A stretch of DNA of 22,248 nt, taken from contig JBDRBN010000039.1 in the NCBI GenBank assembly GCA_043822785.1, forward strand, positions 1 to 22,248, in the 5' to 3' direction. The notes beneath the pieces were generated by a model. The model had not been told where the DNA came from. It ran no database searches and saw only the letters and a list, made by a program, of their open reading frames with translations. This stretch comes from Pseudomonadota bacterium (lineage in GTDB: Bacteria; UBA10199; 2-02-FULL-44-16; JAAZCA01). Positions 7,639 to 16,393 of this stretch are shown piece after piece. A program made the translations under genes and the position numbers. The first letter of the stretch is position 1, and the number at the start of each line of letters is the position of its first letter.

Positions 7639-7932
7639 ATGACCAGGCAGAAGCTTGTTCCGCTATTCGAGGATCTTAAAGATTTTATAAGATCTACAGC
7701 AATGTCCACAGCAAAGAAGACTGAAGACATATTGAGAAAAGAGATACGCGGAGTAAGGAGTGAGCTTAAGGCTGACATTGAAATAACGCAACAAGCATTA
7801 AAGGCAACAAAAGAAGAACTGCGCGGCGAGATGAAAGGGATGGAATCCCGCCTTTCAGATAAGATAGATAAAAACAATACCCGCCTGGATAATCATGAAA
7901 CGAGAATAACCACGTTTGAGCAACGCGCGTGA
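7639..7932 (+). CDS. Small coiled-coil hypothetical protein
   Basis: Heptad-like LRKEIRGVRSELKADI...KEELRGEMKGMESRLSDKIDK...RLDNHETRITTFE. The ORF is open from 7489, but the upstream part looks like AT-rich non-coding DNA, so the start is uncertain. Confidence 0.55.
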   Translation: MTRQKLVPLFEDLKDFIRSTAMSTAKKTEDILRKEIRGVRSELKADIEITQQALKATKEELRGEMKGMESRLSDKIDKNNTRLDNHETRITTFEQRA

Positions 7933-7953
7933 GGTTTGCAGTCGATAAATTCT

Positions 7954-8556
7954 ATGATCATTGATCTTACAATGGATGTATCTGAAGAAACCTTTCCGTT
8001 TCCTGGCTGCCCAGGTGCAGAGATATGTTATATCTCAACTGTGGATGAAGGGGGCTCAAACGTTAAGAAAATATCTTTAAACTCGCACTTTGGCACCCAT
8101 GTTGATGCGCCATATCACATGCTGGCAGATGGCAAGAAGCTGGATGAATATGATGCAAATACGTTTGTGGGCCAGGCGAGCATTGTTGACGTTGTTGGAA
8201 AAAAGCAAATAACTGAGGAACATGTTCCTTCTGATATAAGCGTTCCGATTTTGATTTTCAAAACTCGTCATTCAAACAATTACAAATCTCAGCAATATTT
8301 TTCAAACAATCCGGTTCTAACGAAAGATGCAGCAGAGGCAATCGCGCGCACGGGTGTAAAGATCGTTGGCCTTGATTCGTTTACGGTTGATAACAAACCA
8401 TACACAGTTCACAAAATCCTGTTTAAGAAAAACATCCTCATCCTCGAAAACCTGGTTGGCCTCGATAAGCTCGGTGAGCATGCAAAGTTCATCGTAGCAC
8501 CGCTTAAGCTCACAAATGCCGACGGCGCTCCAGCCAGGGTATTTGCAGAGGTGTGA
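7954..8556 (+). CDS. Cyclase-family metal-dependent hydrolase (kynurenine formamidase KynB-like)
   Basis: IIDLT, HFGTHVDAPYH metal motif, VGLDS, ILENL and DGAPARVFA. Confidence 0.9.
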   Translation: MIIDLTMDVSEETFPFPGCPGAEICYISTVDEGGSNVKKISLNSHFGTHVDAPYHMLADGKKLDEYDANTFVGQASIVDVVGKKQITEEHVPSDISVPILIFKTRHSNNYKSQQYFSNNPVLTKDAAEAIARTGVKIVGLDSFTVDNKPYTVHKILFKKNILILENLVGLDKLGEHAKFIVAPLKLTNADGAPARVFAEV

Positions 8557-8807
8557 ATTTTTTATACTACTGGGACGATTTTCTAATCTCCAATTTTTTT
8601 GCACAGGTTTGTTGATGACGATGAAGCGTGCAACGAAGATTTTGCTGCAGGTGCTAACTCTGTAATTCCCAAAGAATTTCAATAGATATCCTGCATTCTC
8701 AATTGCTTTTTAATCGCCAAAGCATAATATCAACCCTCACCAAGCTTACTAAGCGTTGCCTGCAAAACCCTATGTTTTTATGCGCTTATTGAGCCATCAA
8801 ATTAATA

Positions 8808-9200
8808 ATGATACGTGCAATAACAAAAAAACAGGCTGGAGTTTCAATAATCGAGTTAGTTTTGGTAATGTCCATTTTGGCGCTTATCGCGACAGCGGCT
8901 ATCCCCAAATTTTTAGATGTACGTGACGAAGCTACACAGGCTGCAGAGGATTACACAGTGATCACGATCAGGACCGGAATTGAGCTGTATTATTTAGAAT
9001 CCAAACTTGAGAAAAGAGATCCCCTTTATCCAGAAGAACTCGATTCTGCTTCCAATGGTCCTGCTACTATTTCTAACCCCTTCTTTGATGTCATCCTCGA
9101 AAACCCCATCACGTTCTATTGGACAAAGAATGGTATCAACTACACAGGGCCTACTGGTACGAGTTATGAGTATGAAAAGAACGATGGAACGTTTAAATAG
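8808..9200 (+). CDS. Type IV prepilin / type II secretion pseudopilin-like protein
   Basis: Basic leader KKQAG|VSIIELVLVMSILALIATAAIPKF, a class III signal with E5 and P22. Confidence 0.85.
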   Translation: MIRAITKKQAGVSIIELVLVMSILALIATAAIPKFLDVRDEATQAAEDYTVITIRTGIELYYLESKLEKRDPLYPEELDSASNGPATISNPFFDVILENPITFYWTKNGINYTGPTGTSYEYEKNDGTFK

Positions 9201-9240
9201 GATTAAAAAAAGAACTAAACGTTAGCTATAGATACGTTAA

Positions 9241-10071
<831 letters not shown>

Positions 10072-10077
10072 AGATGG

Positions 10078-10113
10078 CAAGCAAGGCCAGCAAAGCCAGC
10101 AAGGTCAGCAACG
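10078..10113 (+). repeat. 4 x 9-bp degenerate tandem repeat
   Basis: CAAGCAAGG CCAGCAAAG CCAGCAAGG TCAGCAACG directly after the kce stop. Confidence 0.65.
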
Positions 10114-10175
10114 TGGGGAATTATGTGATTTTAATTGGACACTGGTGATCATTTTCGATAAGACCGCAGCAAGTT

Positions 10176-11339
10176 ATGAAATTAAAGAAACTTCTCCTTA
10201 CATCATTATTTATTCTCTTTGTTGGGTTCGCAGGCTGTGCCCAGAGCGGCGATATCTTTCCTGACCTTGCCAGCGAGCTCGCTACTCCCAGCGCGCTTTT
10301 TGTGGATGTTGCTAATGGCCGCCTTTATGTGGTCAACTCAAATGCTAAGGTTCTATACGACTGGCACCAGGGTTCTTTTCAGGTCTACGACATCACAGCT
10401 CCTTTAGTGCCGGCTCTTCTTAAAAGCACTCTTACCAGCAGCTTCTCAGGCCAGGTATATGTAGATACTGCACTCCAAGAGGCATTTGTGCCCAACCGGT
10501 TTAGCGAGAGCGATGCAGATACTGAAGACGCACTTTTTGTATTTGATATCAACGAGGCATCTGCAAAGTTTTTGGATTTTACCTCTCAGGTTATGGGTCG
10601 TGACGCATATGCTATATCATGCTGCTATCCAGCCAATCGCGCTTGGGTTACAACAAGCCTTGGCGAGCTTCAGTATTTTGATCTGACAAATACTACCCAA
10701 ACAGGCTCCATCGATCTAAAGACCGAGTTCGATATTGGCGGCACGCTTTCTCATGCAGAGGTAAACCACATCGCGCTTCTTAATACCCAGGCCTTTCTCT
10801 CCCGTGAATACGGAGGAGTGCTGGTAGTTAACCTAGACGATGCAGGCGTGGCAGGCTCTGTTGCTGTTGACTATTATATAAGGGATATTCCAAATCCTCG
10901 CGGCATTGCAGTGAGGGGCACCACGCTTTACGTGGTCGGCGAGGGCAACGAGTGCAATGGCGAATGGTGCAGGTTTCTCATGGTGTTAGATGTATCAGCT
11001 CTTACGCCTGTTACCGGCAATACCACCACCCAAGATCTTGACAAAGAAGACGACGGTTTGCTTCAAACCACTATTGAGGTGCAAGAGTCTCCGCAAGAGG
11101 TTTTGCTATCCACTGATTATGCATTTGTAACAAACCAAGACTCTGACACCGTGTCAGTAATCGATCTTGCTACAAACGCGCTGCTTACAAACATAACAGT
11201 AGGCGAAGAGCCATTTTCACTTGCGCTATACACAACTGGCGCTGGCGTGGATCAATATCTCTATGTAGGCAATGTCGAGGCAAACACCATATCCATAATC
11301 GATATTCCCACGCTTACCGTTGTGGCCACATATCCGTAA
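10176..11339 (+). CDS. Lipoprotein, YVTN/YncE-like beta-propeller
   Basis: Lipobox FAG|C and repeated blade motifs: RLYVVNS, TLYVVGE, YAFVTNQDSDTVSVIDL, ITVGEEPFSLAL, YLYVGNVEANTISIIDI. Confidence 0.82.
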   Translation: MKLKKLLLTSLFILFVGFAGCAQSGDIFPDLASELATPSALFVDVANGRLYVVNSNAKVLYDWHQGSFQVYDITAPLVPALLKSTLTSSFSGQVYVDTALQEAFVPNRFSESDADTEDALFVFDINEASAKFLDFTSQVMGRDAYAISCCYPANRAWVTTSLGELQYFDLTNTTQTGSIDLKTEFDIGGTLSHAEVNHIALLNTQAFLSREYGGVLVVNLDDAGVAGSVAVDYYIRDIPNPRGIAVRGTTLYVVGEGNECNGEWCRFLMVLDVSALTPVTGNTTTQDLDKEDDGLLQTTIEVQESPQEVLLSTDYAFVTNQDSDTVSVIDLATNALLTNITVGEEPFSLALYTTGAGVDQYLYVGNVEANTISIIDIPTLTVVATYP

Positions 11340-11347
11340 TCCTGTAT

Positions 11348-11414
11348 TGTCATCCCGACCGAACGAAGAGAGTGGAGGGATCCCTCGACTCGCTAAAGCT
11401 CGCTCGGAATGACA
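11348..11414. repeat. TGTCAT...ATGACA palindromic element, divergent copy B
   Basis: TGTCATCCCGA...TCGGAATGACA terminal inverted repeat with an internal GAGGGATCCCTC palindrome, 8 nt after the lipoprotein stop. Confidence 0.78.
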
Positions 11415-11445
11415 AGCCGTATTTCAGGCTTGATTTTTTTTGACA

Positions 11446-11461
11446 TCACAAGATATTGTTA
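11446..11461. promoter_or_regulatory. Candidate NrdR-box-like palindrome next to a TTGACA
   Basis: TCACAAGATATTGTTA matches the core CwAtATaTwG with one mismatch. TTGACA is at 11440-11445. Upstream of smc. Confidence 0.3.
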
Positions 11462-11539
11462 TCTACCGTTTGGCAGGTATCACTAATGGAGATGGGCGAT
11501 CTAATATTAGCGGTGCGGCTTTTGAGAAAAGGTTATTAA

Positions 11540-11552
11540 TATCAATAAGTTA
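11540..11552 (+). promoter_or_regulatory. Candidate IHF binding site
   Basis: TATCAATAAGTTA is an exact match to WATCAANNNNTTR in the AT-rich smc upstream region. Confidence 0.45.
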
Positions 11553-11665
11553 TATAAACAACAAAGCTATTGCCGTATCTATTTTTTTTGTCGTATTTTT
11601 TTAAAGAAACTTTTTCATCGTCCATGCCGATAAGAGAACAGCCTTTCAATACAGGATCATAAACT

Positions 11666-14600
11666 ATGCGCCTAAAGACCCTGGAGATGTCTGGCTTCAA
11701 ATCCTTTGCAGACCGCACTGTGGTAAATTTTGAAGAGGGAGTCACCGGCGTAGTCGGCCCAAACGGCTGCGGAAAATCAAACGTAGTCGATGCAATACGC
11801 TGGGTCATGGGCGAGATGAGCGCCAAGCACCTTCGCGGCTCTGCCATGGAAGATGTGATCTTCAACGGCTGCGAATCCCGTCTGCCAGTGGGCATGGCTC
11901 AGGTCTTTCTCACATTCGACAACTCCGACGGCCGCGCGCCTGCCGAATATTCGCAATATAATGAAATACAAGTCGGCCGCCGGCTCTACCGCTCTGGCGA
12001 GAGCGAATACTTCATAAACAAAACAGTCTGCCGCTTAAAAGATGTGGTGGATCTGTTTCTAGGCACTGGAGTGGGCACAAAAGCTTACTCCATCGTAGAG
12101 CAGGGCATGGTGGGGTCAATCGTATCTGCCAAACCAGAAGATCGCAGGCTCCTCATAGAAGAAGCAGCAGGCATCTCCAAGTTCAAGTCCCGCAAAGAGG
12201 CAGCGCTTCGCAAGATGGATTCAACGCGCCAAAACCTTGCCAGACTTACAGACATCCTAAATGAACTTTCCAGACAGATAAGCTCGCTAAACAGGCAGGC
12301 CAAAAAGGCAGAGCGCTATCAGCGCATAAGCGAAGAGCTTCGGGGCCGCGAGCTCACGCTTGCAGCCACCAAGTATCGTGCTCTGCGGCAAGAGGTAGGG
12401 AAGCTTACTTCCCAAAACAGCTTGCTTCGCGAAGAAGAATTCGCATCGTCTGCAGAGCTTGCCGGGTTTGAAGCAGAGTCTGAGGTTAGCAGACTAAAGC
12501 TAGCAGAGGTAGAGCGCGAGCTCGACGGCGTTCAGCAAGATCTGTATCGCGTTCAGCATTCCATAAAGTTCTGCGAGTCCGAGATGGGCCATCGCACTAA
12601 AGAGCGCTCATCGCTTTCAGAGCAGAACGCCACAAACGAAGCGGAGCTTAGGTCTCTAGAGGGACGAGCCAAAGACTTAGACGAAAGAATAGAGCGGGCA
12701 AATACAGAGCTAGTTAATGCAGATCTAACGCTAGTAGGCTCTGAGGATGTGGTGACTGAAATGGAAGAAGAGGTGAGAGGGTTGCGCCGTAGCTTTGATG
12801 CGCTTCGCACAGAGTGCGATTCGCTTCAAAAACAGGTCATGCAAAACGGCGAGGCTATCGCAAACTTCACTGCCACTCGCGAGCACCTGGAACGCAGGCG
12901 AGTTGATATCACCGGCCGCATGGCCAGGGATCAGGCTGAGATCGATGCGATAGACCGCAGGCGCACGCAGCTTGCTGCATCCATAGAAAAGCGCGCCAAA
13001 GAATTAGATGGTGCAAAGCAACTTAAACTTCAACTCTCCCAGGAGGCAGAAGCAGCCATTGCCACGCTTGACCAGCAGCGCGCAGGCCTTACCGAGGCGG
13101 AGAAGGGCCTTCAGTTCATAAAGGATGAACTCGCTGAAAAGAGATCCAACTTAAACACGATTAGGGAGCTGAGAAAAAACCTTGAAGGATATCGCGATGG
13201 AGTTCGCGCAGTGCTTTCCCGCACAGACAGCGATGGCGAGAAGGTAACCGGCGTCATAGGCACTGTGAGCGAGTTTGTTGAAACCAATCCTGAGTATGAA
13301 ACCGCGCTAGGCGCAGTGCTTGGCGAAAGGTTGCAGTATGTGGTTGTGAAGTCACACGAAGAGGGAGCAGAGGCCATCGATTATCTCAAACAAGCAGCAA
13401 GCGGCCGCAGCTCCTTTATCCCCATCGATATCCGCCATGCAAATACTTGTGGCGCAGAGCCTTCGGGCGAAGGCGTTGTCGGCCCTATGACCAACTTCGT
13501 GTCTATGAGCGATGACTATCGCCACATCTGTGATTATCTGCTTGGAGATGTAGTGCTTGTAGAAGACCTTGAACGCGCCCTTGGCTTTTGGCAGTCGGGT
13601 CAATATCGCAAAACCTTTGTCACGCGCGACGGAAGCGTTGTCGATGTATCAGGCGTGGTAACTGGCGGCTCCAGCGCAGGCGTGGAAGAACAGCTGGTGG
13701 CACAAAAGCGTAAAGCCAAAGAGCTTGAAGCTGAAGTAGGGCGTCTGTCTTCTGAGCTAGCGTGCGCTGAGGCCGAGGCAACAAAGCTAAGAGATCGCAT
13801 AAAGTCGATAGAGGAACATGTAGAGGGCCTAAGGCGCGATACCCACGGTGAAGAGATAAGGTATTTGGGCCAAGAGCGCGACCTAGATCGCGATCAGGAT
13901 GAACTAAAAAGATGCGAGACAGAGCGCGATCGTTTAACCATAGAGACAGCTGCGATGTCAGAAGAGCTGCGCCAGATGGAAAAAGAGCTCGAAGACTCTT
14001 GCGAAAAGCAAAAACAGCACGAGGCTGAAAGGGCCGAAGCAGAATTGAAATTTTCAGATCTTCAGGAATCGCTCACCACAGTAACGAGCGAGCTTGGAGG
14101 ATCCGACAGAAGGCTTACTGATTTAAAGGTAGAGCTTGCTCAGGCTGAAGAGCGTCAGGCTGCTGTCTCGCGCGAGATGCATGGGCTTATAGATCAGAAA
14201 GTAGAAATACAACTCGCTTGCGGTCGGCGCAAAGGCGATATCATCGTAGCAAAGCAACTCGATGAAACGCTTTTACGAGAGATAGAGCACCTCAAACAGG
14301 ATATGGATCTTTCTATCCGTGCGGTGGCAAGACTTCAGGAAACGCAGCGGCTTCATAGGCAGCGTTATGAAGAAGGGCAAGCAGCAATTCGCGAGCGCGA
14401 GCTAGCCATACGCGAGGTAAGAAAGAAACACGACGAGGCTCTGGCCAAGGTTCATGAGCTGGATCTAAAACTCACTGAAAAACACAGCGCTGAGCGCTAT
14501 CTCATCGAGAAAATTCGCGAACGCTATCATCTTGAGCTAGCATCCATCGAGTCCGAATACTTAAGCGATGAGTTAGATCTTGCAGCTGAAGAAGAGGCGG

Positions 14601-15268
14601 TAAATGAACTAAAGGAACGGCTTGATAAGATGGGCTCGGTAAACGTCGATGCCATAAAAGAGTATGACGATCTGTCAGAGCGGCACGAGTTTATAGCAAG
14701 GCAACATGCTGATCTTTCCAACTCGCTTGAGAATTTGTTAAAGGCCATACAGAAGATAAACCGTACCAGCCGCCAGCGTTTCAGGCGCGCTTATGAAGCC
14801 GTGAACGAACAGTTTGAAAAGCTCTTTCCAAAGCTCTTCAACGGTGGCCGTGCAAGCTTGATTCTTACCGATGAGGAGAACTTGCTTGAAACCGGAATCG
14901 AGATCGTGGCCCAGCCTCCAGGCAAGAAACTTCAGTCCATCACGCTTCTGTCAGGCGGCGAAAAGGCGCTCACCGCAGTTGCGCTCGTATTCTCCATCTT
15001 CCTCATCAAGCCGTCGCCGTTCTGCTTGCTCGACGAGGTGGACGCGCCGCTTGACGATGCAAATATCGATAGGTTCAACGACCTCATTCGCTCCATGACT
15101 CCGCATTCGCAGTTCATACTCATCACCCACAATAAGCGCACGATGGAGCTTGCTGATCTTCTCTATGGCATCACCATGGAAGAGGCAGGCGTTTCCAAGC
15201 TAGTGTCCGTGCGACTCGCCGCAACGAACGAAGATGAAGGGGGTGGCGAGGAGGCGGATGTGGCTTGA
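11666..15268 (+). CDS. smc: Chromosome segregation protein SMC
   Basis: GFKSF, Walker A GPNGCGKSN, long coiled coils around a hinge (G.V..GG), LSGGEK signature, Walker B LLDEVDAPLD, ITH; 1200 aa. Confidence 0.98.
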   Translation: MRLKTLEMSGFKSFADRTVVNFEEGVTGVVGPNGCGKSNVVDAIRWVMGEMSAKHLRGSAMEDVIFNGCESRLPVGMAQVFLTFDNSDGRAPAEYSQYNEIQVGRRLYRSGESEYFINKTVCRLKDVVDLFLGTGVGTKAYSIVEQGMVGSIVSAKPEDRRLLIEEAAGISKFKSRKEAALRKMDSTRQNLARLTDILNELSRQISSLNRQAKKAERYQRISEELRGRELTLAATKYRALRQEVGKLTSQNSLLREEEFASSAELAGFEAESEVSRLKLAEVERELDGVQQDLYRVQHSIKFCESEMGHRTKERSSLSEQNATNEAELRSLEGRAKDLDERIERANTELVNADLTLVGSEDVVTEMEEEVRGLRRSFDALRTECDSLQKQVMQNGEAIANFTATREHLERRRVDITGRMARDQAEIDAIDRRRTQLAASIEKRAKELDGAKQLKLQLSQEAEAAIATLDQQRAGLTEAEKGLQFIKDELAEKRSNLNTIRELRKNLEGYRDGVRAVLSRTDSDGEKVTGVIGTVSEFVETNPEYETALGAVLGERLQYVVVKSHEEGAEAIDYLKQAASGRSSFIPIDIRHANTCGAEPSGEGVVGPMTNFVSMSDDYRHICDYLLGDVVLVEDLERALGFWQSGQYRKTFVTRDGSVVDVSGVVTGGSSAGVEEQLVAQKRKAKELEAEVGRLSSELACAEAEATKLRDRIKSIEEHVEGLRRDTHGEEIRYLGQERDLDRDQDELKRCETERDRLTIETAAMSEELRQMEKELEDSCEKQKQHEAERAEAELKFSDLQESLTTVTSELGGSDRRLTDLKVELAQAEERQAAVSREMHGLIDQKVEIQLACGRRKGDIIVAKQLDETLLREIEHLKQDMDLSIRAVARLQETQRLHRQRYEEGQAAIRERELAIREVRKKHDEALAKVHELDLKLTEKHSAERYLIEKIRERYHLELASIESEYLSDELDLAAEEEAVNELKERLDKMGSVNVDAIKEYDDLSERHEFIARQHADLSNSLENLLKAIQKINRTSRQRFRRAYEAVNEQFEKLFPKLFNGGRASLILTDEENLLETGIEIVAQPPGKKLQSITLLSGGEKALTAVALVFSIFLIKPSPFCLLDEVDAPLDDANIDRFNDLIRSMTPHSQFILITHNKRTMELADLLYGITMEEAGVSKLVSVRLAATNEDEGGGEEADVA

Positions 15269-15293
15269 TCAGTGATCAGTTACCAGTGATCAG
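15266..15293 (+). repeat. 4 x 7-bp tandem repeat
   Basis: TGATCAG TGATCAG TTACCAG TGATCAG, beginning with the smc stop codon. Confidence 0.7.
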
Positions 15294-15304
15294 TAAAAAC
15301 TTTC

Positions 15305-16270
15305 ATGAATTATAATCATTACATAATAATAGCACTTGGTGCTGTTATACTCGTGTCGCTCGCCATTCTCATCGTGCGCGGGAGGAAATCTGAACGATCC
15401 CGCGACACGCTTACCGTAACCAAGGGTACGGGCATTCCTCTTAGGAGGAGGATCGGTCACCTCTTTGGCCACAAGAACATAAGCGACGAATTTTGGTCAG
15501 AGCTTGAAGCCACACTCATTCAAGCTGATGCAGGGCTTAATGTAACAGAGCGCCTTCTCACATCTGCTCGCGGCCTTGGCACAACAGAGGATGTTAAGAG
15601 ATGCATCGCTGAAGAGATGATCAGCATGCTCTCTAAAAACACAGAAGTTGTGCGCTCAAAGCCCCTGGTGACTTTGGTGCTTGGCGTAAACGGCGTGGGC
15701 AAGACTACAACAATAGCCAAACTCGCAAAGCATAATATGGATGAGGGCAAGAGGGTGTTGCTCGTGGCATGCGATACGTTTAGAGCTGCAGCTGTGGAAC
15801 AGCTTTCTCTATGGGCTAGTAGCATAGGTTGCGAGGTGGTCTCTCAAGCCATGGGAGCAGATGCTGCTGCTGTTGCTTTTGATGGTGTTACCAAGGCATG
15901 CGCAAAGGATTTCGATGCAGTAATATTGGATACAGCAGGAAGGCTGCATACAAAGTCAAACCTCATGGAGGAGCTAAAGAAGATAGATAGAGTAATTGGC
16001 CGGGCCTTGCCAGGGGCGCCTCATGAAAAGCTCCTAGTCATCGATGCCACTGTTGGCGCTAATGGTCTTGCTCAGGCTTCTGAGTTTAACAAGGCATTGG
16101 GTCTTACGGGCGCAATCGTCACAAAGCTCGACGGCACAGCCAAAGGAGGCGTAGTCTTGGCAGTTGCGAGCGAGCTCGGCATACCAATCGCACATATCGG
16201 TGTGGGAGAGAAGATTGAAGACTTGAGGCCTTTTGATGCGAAGGAATATGTGGAAGCAATATTAGGCTAA
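15305..16270 (+). CDS. ftsY: Signal recognition particle receptor FtsY
   Basis: GVNGVGKTTTIAKLA, DTFRAAA, DTAGR, TKLDGTAKGG and GVGE, with an N-terminal hydrophobic helix. Confidence 0.97.
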   Translation: MNYNHYIIIALGAVILVSLAILIVRGRKSERSRDTLTVTKGTGIPLRRRIGHLFGHKNISDEFWSELEATLIQADAGLNVTERLLTSARGLGTTEDVKRCIAEEMISMLSKNTEVVRSKPLVTLVLGVNGVGKTTTIAKLAKHNMDEGKRVLLVACDTFRAAAVEQLSLWASSIGCEVVSQAMGADAAAVAFDGVTKACAKDFDAVILDTAGRLHTKSNLMEELKKIDRVIGRALPGAPHEKLLVIDATVGANGLAQASEFNKALGLTGAIVTKLDGTAKGGVVLAVASELGIPIAHIGVGEKIEDLRPFDAKEYVEAILG

Positions 16271-16280
16271 ACAATTCGAT

Positions 16281-16384
16281 TGTCATTGCGAGCGAAGGCC
16301 CGTAGTACGGGCCGAAGCGAAGCAATCTCCTCAGCAACAGTGAGTTAGGAGATTGCTTCGTCGCATTCGCTTCTCGCAATGACA
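16281..16384. repeat. TGTCAT...ATGACA palindromic element, copy C
   Basis: Perfect terminal inverted repeat TGTCATTGCGAG / CTCGCAATGACA, internal GGCCCGTA-G-TACGGGCC hairpin, and CGAAGCAATCTCCT / AGGAGATTGCTTCG arms. Confidence 0.9.
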
Positions 16385-16393
16385 CAACGTTAA

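Noticed and set aside
8557..8807. Possible small ORF, pseudogene or sRNA before the pilin
   Set aside because: No convincing reading frame, RBS or stable structure; treated as promoter DNA.
11415..11665. AT-rich gap as oriC or dif
   Set aside because: I found no DnaA-box (TTATCCACA) cluster or full 28-bp dif site.
11542..15141. Numerous antisense ORFs within smc (and similarly within dnaG, rpoD and hpnH)
   Set aside because: Shadow frames of well-supported genes, with no motifs.
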